In this document: positions 1-9,450 of the stretch, piece by piece
Position numbering within the stretch: position 1 is the first letter of the stretch
Layout: every line of letters starts with the position of its first letter
NCBI GenBank assembly: GCA_046350815.1
Contig: JAXLZO010000001.1
Location: 570,001-602,000, forward strand
Reading direction: 5' to 3'
Source of the DNA: Candidatus Saccharimonadota bacterium
GTDB lineage: Bacteria; Patescibacteriota; Gracilibacteria; BD1-5; UBA2023
Length of the DNA stretch: 32,000 bases
Made by a program: the position numbers and the translations under genes
The notes under the pieces: generated by a model
Seen by the model: only the letters and a program-made list of their open reading frames with translations
Database searches by the model: none
Told to the model about the DNA's origin: nothing

Positions 1-513
1 CCATGTTCCCCAATTTGGTGAATCTGGAAATGGTGTCGGTTGTGTTTGTGTGAGTGCCTTTTGCCAGAGCCGAAAGAATGGCGTGAAGACCTTTCGTACT
101 GGGGCTTCTTCAGGTTCAACAAGAAGAAAATCTTTTACAAGTGTGAATGGTATAGATTGTTCGGTAAGTGATTGCTTGGTTTGTTCATCTCGATACATTC
201 CATGAGGTGCATAGCTTCTGGATGCGTAGACGTGTCAGACTTTCTCTATTGTACAAATCTCTGGAATAATTTCCCACGGATTTCCACGATATACTCGCAG
301 TTCACCTCATTGTTCTCTGATTTGTTCTAATAGATGAGTGAGGACTTCGCGTAGAAAAGCAAAGCGAATATCATCTTTTCAGAATTTTTCCTGAGAGGCT
401 TGATCAAGAATGAATATTGGGAGTACATTTGCCGAAGACTTTAGTGCCTCTATGAGGCCAAGATTATCTTCGAGACGAAGATCTTGGCGAAATATAAAGA
501 GAGATTTAGACAT
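1..513 (-). CDS. phrB: deoxyribodipyrimidine photolyase / cryptochrome-family protein, N-terminal 171 codons (rest lies beyond the left edge)
   Basis: ATG at 513. Code-25 translation MSKSLFIFRQDLRLEDNLGLIEALKSSANVLPIFILDQ...RKVFTPFFRLWQKAL fits the photolyase N-terminal domain. Three in-frame TGA are read as Gly, which is why the gene is absent from the ORF track. Confidence 0.8.
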
Positions 514-601
514 AGGAGATAGGGAAATCTGTATAAATTCATACTTGGATTCAGGATTTTTGTCCGTGCAGACAATTCAAATCTATGTCACCCAATTTTT
601 T

Positions 602-1960
602 TTATATCTCTTCTTCATTCATTTCGCGACCCTTCGAAAAATAAGGGAGTATATCACGAATATGCTCGATATTAGTAACTCATTCTATATGTTGAAGGTC
701 TTTTGTAATGGGGGCAAAGATTTTTTTCATACCAAGTTTTTTGGCTTCTTCGATTCTTTTTCTCAGAAGATGTGGTGCCTTGAGTCGTCAGGTGAGAGAT
801 ACTTCTCCGAGCCATACAACATCACGAAAGACACTATTCGTCTTTGATGAGAGTATCGCAGCTGCTATAGCGACGTCAATTCCAGGATCAGGAAGTGTAA
901 GACCTCGAGCGATATTGGCATAGACATCACTGGAATCGAGCGATATTTTTGCATGTTTGATGAGTGTTGCGATGATGAGATCGAGCTTACTCGTATTGAT
1001 TCATCGTGCTGATCGCTTTGGATAACCAAATTTTGTCGAGGTAACGAGGGATTCCACCTCAATAAGAAGAGGTCTGGTTCACTCGATAGTCATAGAGATG
1101 ATGGATCCAGGGTCTTGATGAGAGAGATTGATAAACTCCATGCCAGCATTCACAATATCATGAAGCCCATCTTCCTCCATGCGAAAGAGAGCGATTTCAT
1201 CAGTTGGCCCAAATCGATTTTTCAACGCTCGAAGAATCCGATAATTCTCCCATTTTTCTCCTTCAAGAAAGAGTACGGTATCCACCAGATGCTCCATCAT
1301 CTTCGGTCCCGATATTGACCCATCTTTGGTTACATGTCCAATAAGGAGGACGCTCTTTCCGGTACTTTTTGCGAGCTTCATATACGATTCGCTCGCGAGC
1401 TTGAGACTTGATATGACTCAAAGATCGCTATCACTCGACATGAGTGATATAGAATCGATGATGATGAGTTGACTCTGATTTTGCATGATCAGATCGATGG
1501 ATGTTTCCAGACTTGATGTTTGTGCGAAGAGAATATTTTTATTTGCTATGTTCATTCGTTTCGCACGAGAAGAGAGATGTGTGAAGTTCTCTTCGGCACT
1601 TATATAGAGTGTAGATTGGTCACCCTGAGCAAACCAATCAGCAATTTGGAGTGAGAGAGTGGATTTTCCAATACCAGGTTCGCCCGAGAGAAGTGTGAGA
1701 CTCCCTTGCGTGAGTCCACCTCAGAGCACTCGTGAGAGCTCTTGACTTTCAAGAATAACTCGATGATTTCCTGCTTGATTTTCACTCACTTCTTCGGTAA
1801 TCGGTATGACTGATACAGATTCTCTACTGACATTGGTTGATTTTTTCTTTCCGAGAGTTACCGCATCAATTTTCTCTTCAAGTGAATTCCATTCTCAACA
1901 TGTGAGGCATCGCCCTGTCCATTTTGCGGTTTGTGCGTTGCAATTATTACAAATATACAT
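602..1960 (-). CDS. radA: DNA repair protein RadA/Sms (452 aa)
   Basis: One frame is open from 1960 to TAA at 602-604 with 7 in-frame TGA. It has the zinc ribbon MYICNNCNAQTAKWTGRCLTCGEWN, RVL-G-GGL, Walker A GEPGIGKSTL, LKNRFGPTDE and a Lon-like C-domain RPLLIEVESLV...DVYANIARGL. It joins track ORF 1079..1381 to its flanks. Confidence 0.93.
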
Positions 1961-1994
1961 AGAGTTTTTCCTACTCTAAGCAAAAACTGGTTGT

Positions 1995-2354
1995 ATGCAA
2001 GGATTTCCAAAATTCTCATTCTGGTTACCTCAACTCCCATCACTCTTTCAGAAAATATATCGTTTTCCTGTTCAGCTGAGTGTATTTTGTATCAATATAT
2101 ATCAAAGAACATTCTCGCCTGATACATGAATGATTGCGAAAGCTTTTGATCGACCACCTTTTTGTAAGCATATTCCTACCTGTAGTGAATATACGAAAGA
2201 AGCACTTCTCAAGAGGTGATTTATTCTTGGAGTGATCCTCTGATGTTGGCGTATTCTTCGTTGCAATCCTTGGTCTCGATGATGATATGATCCTGTGCCT
2301 GTATGAAAGCCAAAGAATCATCATTGTTCAAAAAGTTCAAAAAAATGTCAGTAG
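1995..2354 (+). CDS. yidD: membrane protein insertion efficiency factor YidD (119 aa, N- and C-terminally extended)
   Basis: The translation contains IYQRTFSP...[46 protein letters not shown], the YidD signature. Six in-frame TGA are read as Gly and the stop is TAG at 2352-2354. The start codon is uncertain because only 34 bp separate it from the divergent radA. Confidence 0.8.
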
Positions 2355-2374
2355 CAAAGCTACTGACATTTTTG
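2347..2374. terminator. bidirectional intrinsic terminator shared by yidD and the convergent 2360..2929 gene
   Basis: Perfect 9-bp stem GTCAGTAGC-aaa-GCTACTGAC, flanked by an A-run upstream and a T-run downstream. Both convergent stop codons lie inside the stem arms. Confidence 0.7.
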
Positions 2375-2929
2375 ATTTTCCTTCGGAATAATAATTGATT
2401 TTTGCACAATAACAGTGAGACCTCATTCAGGATTGTCTTGAAAATCGAGTATATCAACAAGATTTTCTGTAAGCATAAAGAGTCATCGACCACGTTTGCC
2501 CATGTAGTGGTCAGCACTACTAAAAGTCTCATGTGAATGATCTCGAATTTGCCTCATTTCATCTGCTGTTTTTGTGCCTTCCCCGCTCCCAGTGTCCTGT
2601 ACCTCTACCCGAATCGTATAATGATGTTCTTGAATATCTTGCTCCGTTTCTTGTCATCCCTCTACAATGGAGAGTCGAAATATATTCATCTCTCATTCTA
2701 TACTTCCGTAGGCGATAGAATTATTGATAAGCTCATCAATAATAAGGATGAAGCGAGACTTCCAAGGGGGTATTAATCAATATCTATCAAATATAAGTGC
2801 TACAAAATCACGGATAATCTTGGAGTATTGATAGTTCACTGGAAAAGAGAATTCAAAAACTTCTTGTCCATCATTCTGGTCATAGAGTTCGAGAATATCG
2901 GAACTTGAGCGATTGGTGATATCGATCAT
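2360..2929 (-). CDS. HATPase_c-type protein, RsbW/SpoIIAB-like anti-sigma serine kinase candidate (189 aa)
   Basis: N-box-like LIIDELINNSIAYG, G1-like VQDTGSGEG and G2-like GKRGRGLFML. Five in-frame TGA, ATG at 2929, TAG at 2360-2362. Confidence 0.6.
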
Positions 2930-2968
2930 AGATCGAGGTGACAATGTGAACACAAATAATATATTTTT

Positions 2969-3841
2969 CTAGTAACCTTTGGATCCTCAGAGCAAATCAT
3001 ATGATTTTCCAGCAAGTTCATAGGTAGAACCATCTTTTGTGGAAAATTCTATATTTACGACGTTTATAGTGATGTTTTCATTCTGTGAATTATTTACATG
3101 CGTGAAAGCATGACTTATTACCGGCACATCTTTTTCAAAGTCATGACTCTTGTTGCATTGCATGACGATATTCAAAAGCATAGGATGAACTGATTCACTA
3201 TCCACAGAACATCCTTCAAAGTGTGGGAGATTTTCCGAGAATTGCAACTTTTTTTGATCATAAACGAGAGAATACTTGACTTCCTTGACGTCTTTTGCGG
3301 ATTTGTTGAATACGAAATCAAGAATATCCGAGCCAGGTACTCCTGGAACGATGCTAATATCAGGTGATATCAATGCACCGCTTCCTCACTGTGTTGTGAT
3401 CTGTTGACTCAGATTTCCAAGAGAAGCGCTTAGTTTTATATTTTCTGTCTGATAGTCACTCCAGAGAGAGAGACCCATCATGAGAGAAAAGATCGCAAGT
3501 GCGGGTGTTGAGAAAAGCAATGCTTTTACACGTTGCCATGCTGATCCAGAGTGTGATATACTTTTCCGAATGCGGTGATGAATCTTGTGATGGAGAGGAG
3601 TTATAACCTCATTTCACTCACTTTTGATTATCATCTCATTTTCTCTATTTGCATCAATCTCATTTGTCTGAGATGTTGCCTCAACCGCTTTTCTTGTACG
3701 TTTTTTTGGCACATTAAGAAGAGCTTCGTTTTGCGACTTGTACATGCGTGGAGTTGCAGTAACGGCTTTAGAGGTTTTTTGTGTGGTTTTTTTTCCTTCT
3801 TGAAGAGTCATATAAGTACTATGTGAGAAATTATTTTTCAT
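2969..3841 (-). CDS. hypothetical membrane-anchored protein (290 aa): basic N-tail, one TM helix, extracytoplasmic domain
   Basis: This frame joins track ORFs 3614..3841 and 2987..3373 through TGA codons (3 in frame). TM segment ALLFSTPALAIFSLMMGLSLW. TAG at 2969-2971. Lies 39 nt upstream of the next gene, so probably in an operon with it. Confidence 0.6.
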
Positions 3842-3967
3842 AGGTTATACCTAGCGTAGCATTTCTTTTTTTTGGTGTCAATTTTTTTGTATTAAATTCT
3901 CAATTTCTGACTATAATACCATTACTTGAGCAGAAGATATATACTTCCATTGTTTATTTAACTCCCT

Positions 3968-5182
3968 ATGACTTCCAAAAAAATTCTTGCGACTCTTCTC
4001 ATAGGCGCATCCTCTCTTGCCACTATTCCATCATTGTTTGCCGCAACCGATGGTGATTTTCGTCTTTTGAGGAGTGATGTAGAGCAACAAGTGCAAATGG
4101 CACTTTCTCGTTACGAGGCAACTATGGCGGCACTTCTCAATGAGAATCGTGCACTCAAAGCGGAGTTGACAAAGCTCTATGCAAACCCAAGTATTAAGGT
4201 ATCGATGATGCGGCAAAATATTGTTCAAAGAACTGATTTACTCGGAGCATCGATTAGCTCAAGTGGTGTGATACTCCTTCCTGGATCAACTACTCTCGAT
4301 ACACCTACTTCTATCGTGGCTACAGGGAGTACAACTGCAAACTCTGGTACTACGAATACGCCTGCTACAACTACGAATCAACCAACTCAGATAACTGTCT
4401 CACCAATCATCACATGAGAGAGTCTATACAATGCAATTATTATTAAAACACTCAATCAACAAGAAGCTATAAAAATTGCTCATGGAATTGATCTCAAGCT
4501 CACGATATCAGGCTATGAGTTCGTTGCAAAAAAGGCAGTATTTGTTGATTTTCACACTTCTGGTAATTCTCAATCGTCTGGACCGTTTCAAGCAAAAATT
4601 CTCTACGCAATAAATGCTAATGGGGATATAGATCTTATCAAGCCACTGTGAGTGTTTGTATACGATGCAAGCATGGGTAAGTATGTGACAAAATCTGGTG
4701 TCAATAGTTATCCATCCGCTGCAGATCGTACTATATTTGCGATGCCAAATAGCTCTCATGCCTCAACATCATCGAATACTACATGAACTACTTCATCATC
4801 AACAGTTAGCACACCCGCTGTCTCTACGAAAACTCTTGATCAGATCGACAATGAGATTCGCGAGTACTACAATAATAATGCAAAGAATAAGACAAATGTT
4901 GCGAAAGAAGTATGGTCAAAGCTTATGTCACTCTCAAATGAGTATATTGGCATAGACGCTACAAGTCTTGAGCCGTACCGATACCGCTATCGAGCATACT
5001 ATATGTTGGGCGACTACAACAAAGCTCTTGCAGATATTACACGCATCACGGATGTAGTTGATAGTAGTGTTGCAGATAATCAACCATTTTTCTGTAATGC
5101 TTATAAAATCGCTCAAGCATCAGGAAATACGAGTGCTCAAGCAAAGCTCAGATCTATTACTGACAAACTTTCTTGTAAATAA
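3968..5182 (+). CDS. hypothetical secreted protein (404 aa): signal peptide, coiled-coil, Thr/Ser-rich linker, helical-repeat C-terminus
   Basis: Track ORFs 3968..4417 and 4925..5182 are in the same frame, with no TAA/TAG between them and 3 TGA. Signal peptide MTSKKILATLLIGASSLATIPSLFAATDG. Confidence 0.65.
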
Positions 5183-5194
5183 TCCGTCCTATTT

Positions 5195-5839
5195 ATGAAA
5201 TTCCTGCTTCGAATATGTGTTCTTGCTCTGATGGCTTTTCTTGGCTTTTTTGCTGGATATGTGATCTATACGGAAAAAGTACACTATCATGCTAACTTTG
5301 CTGTAGCAATAGATGGAGTGAAATATGACTTTTCGCCTGATAAGTACATGGAAGAAATTGCGGGATGTTACAAGGCAGAAGTTGATCGACCGCAGGATCG
5401 AGTGCATCTTCATGAGAAAAATGGTGACACGATCCATGTACATGCAGGAGGTGTGGCATGGGGTCATCTCTTCGCAAATATTGGCTGGATGGTTGGTTCT
5501 GGAGTGGTTTGGACAGACAATGGTAAAGTCTACGGTCTTAGTGATGGGTATAGGGTGCGTGCTGTAGTGAATGGGGAAGTATTGCCTGTTGAGAAAGTTA
5601 TCAATATGGGTATAGCTTCTGAGGATCGATTTCTCCTCGATATTTCCCGAGATAGTGACGAAGTCGTGAAAGGTCGTATGAATCTGGTCAAGACCGATGC
5701 AACAGAATTCAATCAAAAAGATGATCCAGCAACATGTAGTGGCACAGGAGATGCGGGTATTCTCGAAAAGATGAAATCTTTTGTCATGGTGATAAGAGAT
5801 AAGGTGATGGTTTACACAGAAGGGGAACATGGTCATTAA
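5195..5839 (+). CDS. hypothetical N-terminally anchored protein with His-rich motifs (HYHANF...VHLHEKNGDTIHVHAGG), 214 aa
   Basis: Intact ORF ending in TAA, with TM helix LLRICVLALMAFLGFFAGYVIY and a strong hairpin terminator downstream. The 223-aa antisense ORF 5189..5860 reads as low-complexity sequence. Confidence 0.7.
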   Translation: MKFLLRICVLALMAFLGFFAGYVIYTEKVHYHANFAVAIDGVKYDFSPDKYMEEIAGCYKAEVDRPQDRVHLHEKNGDTIHVHAGGVAWGHLFANIGWMVGSGVVWTDNGKVYGLSDGYRVRAVVNGEVLPVEKVINMGIASEDRFLLDISRDSDEVVKGRMNLVKTDATEFNQKDDPATCSGTGDAGILEKMKSFVMVIRDKVMVYTEGEHGH

Positions 5840-5861
5840 ATTGAATTTTGCTTTGTACAAG

Positions 5862-5903
5862 AAATAATCCCACTTGAAAATTCGAGTGGGATTATTTCTA
5901 TTT
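5862..5903 (+). terminator. intrinsic terminator
   Basis: 13-bp stem AAATAATCCCACT / AGTGGGATTATTT followed by a T-rich tail. Confidence 0.7.
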
Positions 5904-5949
5904 GCCCATTATTTCTAAGATTAATGAGTTTTCTAATCTGAAAATACGA

Positions 5950-8547
5950 TTAAGGAAGATCAATATAGTTTGGAATTCGTACTTTATCGAACTCATTGTT
6001 TAAATTATTGGTATAAACATCTTTTACATATCATGATGCTGGCCCATAAACTGTTCCATTTTGATTGTTAGATTGCTGTCCAAATGCATTTGCGCCTACT
6101 GATGTTAATGAATTAGTAAGATAAATATTATCTAGTTTATTATTATGAAAAGCATTAGCACCAATAGTATTAATATGAGATGGTATTGTTATGGAGGTAA
6201 GTTCATTAGATTGAAATACATTATCTTCAATGACTGATATGCCAGTAGGTATATCTACTGAGGATAGTTGATTATTAGCAAATGCCATACCACCAATATT
6301 CATGACACTTGATGGAATACTAATATTACTTAGGTTATTACCACGAAATCCCCACTCCTCAATGTTTGTTACACTATTTGGAATAGAAACAGACTCAAGA
6401 TTATTAGCATAGAACGCCTCCTCTCATATAGTTTGAATATTACTTGGAATAGTTATGTTTTTATTTAGTCCGCCATATGAAACAATTTTTGATATGTCTA
6501 CTCATGTGGCTGTGCGGGCATAAATCCAAGCTCAGTTATCTGGAAGAAGATTATCATTAAATGCTCATCATGAAATATTTGTAAGTGTATTAGGGAGAGA
6601 TAATGAAGTAATTTGATTGGAAAGGAAAGCTCTGTTTCAAATATCTGTTACATTATTTGGCACTATCAAAGAAGTGATTTGATTATTAGCAAATACATCT
6701 GTTGCAAGAAATGTAACATTATCAGGTATTTCAATAGAAGTAAGCGCATTGGAATCAAATGCGCCTACCCCAATGGCTAGTATATTTGATCAAAATGACA
6801 CAGATGTTATTTGATTACTTTGAAAGGCGTAAGAAGCAATAGTGGTAATACTATCAGGTAAAGCAACTGAAGTAAGTCCTTTTTGATAGAAAGCACTGTG
6901 TCAGATAGTTGTAACAGGTACTCAGGCAATAGAACATGGGATTACTACATCTTTTGGTCCGTTTATTTGATCGTAACCAGTAATAGTTTTTGCATAACTA
7001 TTAAATGTAAAATAACTTTCATCTGTCACATTTGATGCATTGGTACACACCACTTCTGGAGGTGGAAGACTAATCTCCAGTTCATGCTGAGACCCCACAT
7101 AAAAGTCAGTTGAGGTAGTAGATCCAGTACAACTATAGGGAGTAACATCAAGAAAGCTTGACTCTGACGTACAAGCTATACTTGCATAAGGAGTCTCGAA
7201 TGTAATACTTGCTGGCATATTCGTAGTACCAGCAAGAATAGTTTGCCATGCTGAAAAAGTAGAATTTGCAAACATACTATCAATCACATATCCATCAACG
7301 GTATCATCTACGAGTGATCCAGGAGTAACAGTTGTAATAGTAACGCCAAATGTTGCATAGAGAGATATAGTTAGTGGTCCTATATATCCATAGTAGGTAT
7401 TCCCCATAATACTATACTCTCCCATGGTAAGTATATGACTTACCGGTCATCCTCCTCCACCTCCAGAATCACCACCCCCAGAACCTGATCCACTTCCCGT
7501 ACCACTATTCATCCCCAAGAGTGCCTTCTCATCAAAGCTTCCATCCTTCAGAGAAAGAAGAGATCAAGTAGAGATATCCATGGATACATATTCATCAGCT
7601 CACTGTGATCCTACCATGATATCAAGCGTACTTGCATCACTCAAAGAGATATCTCTACTTCCTGTACCTGTCACTCCATTCTGAAGAGGTTGCTTACTTC
7701 CCTTGGAGAGAAAGATTCAGAGTCTATCTCCTGCAGAGTAGGGATATCTGGAAGAGAGATCAATGTTGCTGCTGTCGAGAGCGTAAGCTCTTGGGAGAGC
7801 TTCACGAAGTGAAGCAGAAAGCATACCTCAAAAGTCTGAGAAGGTTTCAGGAAGAGACTGCGAAGCAGTCTCTTGTATTCCTTTCAATTGTCCTCCAAAC
7901 TCATTCACTCCAACTTCTTGATTCCCCCTGTTCAGATTATCATCTCCTCTTCCACTTCATCCACCATCCAATCATCCTTCATTCATTCCAATCTTCTCAT
8001 TTCCATGAAACTTTCTTCCAGCAATCTCTATCGTCCTCTCAAATCTTGGATTCTCAAGGTATGCAAGAAACTGTGCTTGGTCGTAGTGTTGATTGACTCG
8101 ATAGGTATAGGGTATATTGTCTTTTGGATCAAAGATCTTATCTGATCCATATCCAAGAGGATTTACCAGAGCAAGACTCATGAATCATTGGTATCCGATG
8201 AATGATCCACTCACACTAAGAGAGACACTATCTGCTATAGGTGTAGGAAGCTTTCGAAGCTGTGCACTGGTAATTCTCGCACTCTCTGACAATGTCTTAA
8301 TATCACTAATTCTCTTTCCATCTCTTGCTACTGATGACTGATGACTCATCACCACAAACCCTATCACTGAGAGGATAGAGAGTATGGTAATCACTACTAT
8401 GAGTTCTGTGAGAGTGAAACCACCCCTATCTCAAAAACTCCTCTTCTTTCAAGAAATTCTCTCCTCTCAAGACTCCCTTTCCTCTCAAGAATTCTTCTTC
8501 TCTCAAAAGACTCTTTTGAGAAATTGAAACGATGACAGATATCACAT
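5950..8547 (-). CDS. type IV prepilin-like N-terminus fused to a Gly-rich linker and a BspA-type leucine-rich-repeat domain (865 aa); candidate pilus-tip or surface adhesin
   Basis: One frame runs from ATG 8547 to TAA 5950-5952 with 24 in-frame TGA and no TAA/TAG. I translated 8562 to 7426 and 6924 to 5950 codon by codon, and 6922..7425 is a track ORF in the same frame. Prepilin motif DRGG|FTLTELIVVITILSILSVIGFV with Glu at +5. Linker GSGSGSGGGDSGGGGGG. At least 10 LRR units of the form IPxSVTxIGxxAFxxNxLTS. It joins four track ORFs: 8185..8394, 7972..8181, 6922..7425 and 6031..6303. Confidence 0.8.
8431..8502 (-). repeat. 4 x 18-nt in-frame tandem repeat inside the prepilin leader, each unit ending in TGA
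   Basis: The units encode EKKNSG / EERESG / EERISG / KKRSFG. The terminal Gly of every unit is a TGA codon. Confidence 0.75.
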
Positions 8548-8597
8548 AATATTGAAAACAGATTACTCAGAGTATTCCAACATACTTTCATCAGAAA

Positions 8598-8628
8598 GAC
8601 AAAAAATATCACAGATAAAGTGATATTT
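8598..8628 (-). terminator. putative intrinsic terminator after lepB
   Basis: On the minus strand: AAATATCAC-tttatct-GTGATATTT followed by TTT. Confidence 0.5.
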
Positions 8629-8685
8629 TGGGTGAACAGATACACTATTTTTAGTTTATATCATTCATTTCTTAATGAAACATTG

Positions 8686-9423
8686 TTATTTTAGGTTTTA
8701 ATTTCCTCCAAGCTCTGGATAGCTATATTCTTTTGGTATATTTGCTCATCGAAATTCGAGATTATTGAGGGGTGTTGGAAGCTTGATGAGTCCATCGAGA
8801 TAGGGAAGCATCTCGATATGAATCCCTCCGAATGAGAAGAGAGGTTTTCCAACTATATTCGACCGTGTAACAAAATGGGTAGCGCCACCAGGAACACACA
8901 TACTAAAACATTCTCTCGAATCGGAAGAGTTGTTTCGATTGTCTCCCATCACCCAATATGAATCCTCTGGAACTGTGAATCGGTCTGTACCAGGGTCTCA
9001 TCGAAATTTTGTATTTCCATTGTTTGTATCATTGAGGTAGGCTTCTTCATCGAGCATTACTTCACGATTGGTACCAACCGGCGTAAGATACACAGCACCA
9101 GATGATATTCTGATTGTATCACCAGGAAGGCCAATAACACGCTTAATATAGTACTGTCGCTCTACACTTACATGAGGCTTGAGAACGACAACATCTCATC
9201 GTTTTGGATCTCCTACGCGCAAATCAAGTGAAGGAGTGGGTGCTATCTGTGCATAATTCCATTTATTCACAAGAATAAATTCACCATCATGAAAGCTGGA
9301 TTCCATCGAATGTCCAGATATTGCAAACGGTGCAAATACATAAGTACGTATGAGTATTACGAGGAGTATCACGATCGTAATATCTCTCACAAAGGCGAGC
9401 GTTTCGCGAGCAGTAGTATTCAT
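8686..9423 (-). CDS. lepB: signal peptidase I (245 aa)
   Basis: Motifs ISGHSMESSF (catalytic Ser box), R-G-DVVVLKP, YYIKRVIGLPGDTI and YWVMGDNRNNSSDSR. Three in-frame TGA. It joins track ORFs 9196..9423 and 8746..8952. TAA at 8686-8688. Confidence 0.9.
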
Positions 9424-9450
9424 TATAAATATTTTATTCGATATCCATCT

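Noticed and set aside
5189-5860. Long antisense shadow ORFs. These are 5189..5860(-), 16131..16823(+), 17250..17723(+), 17780..18284(+), 20552..21280(-), 7632..8145(+), 410..923(+) and 22690..22989(+).
   Set aside because: Each lies opposite a gene with clear homology or membrane-protein features. Their products are Cys/His/Phe/Ser-rich sequences without domains. They arise because the stop-poor reverse frame of AT-moderate coding DNA stays open.
8397-8645. The 82-aa track ORF rich in ERR/LER repeats, or a non-coding VNTR, upstream of the pilin gene.
   Set aside because: That ORF is in a different frame from the prepilin motif. In the pilin frame the same 18-nt repeats read EKKNSG/EERESG/EERISG/KKRSFG, and they are contiguous with GFTLTE from the only available start codon.
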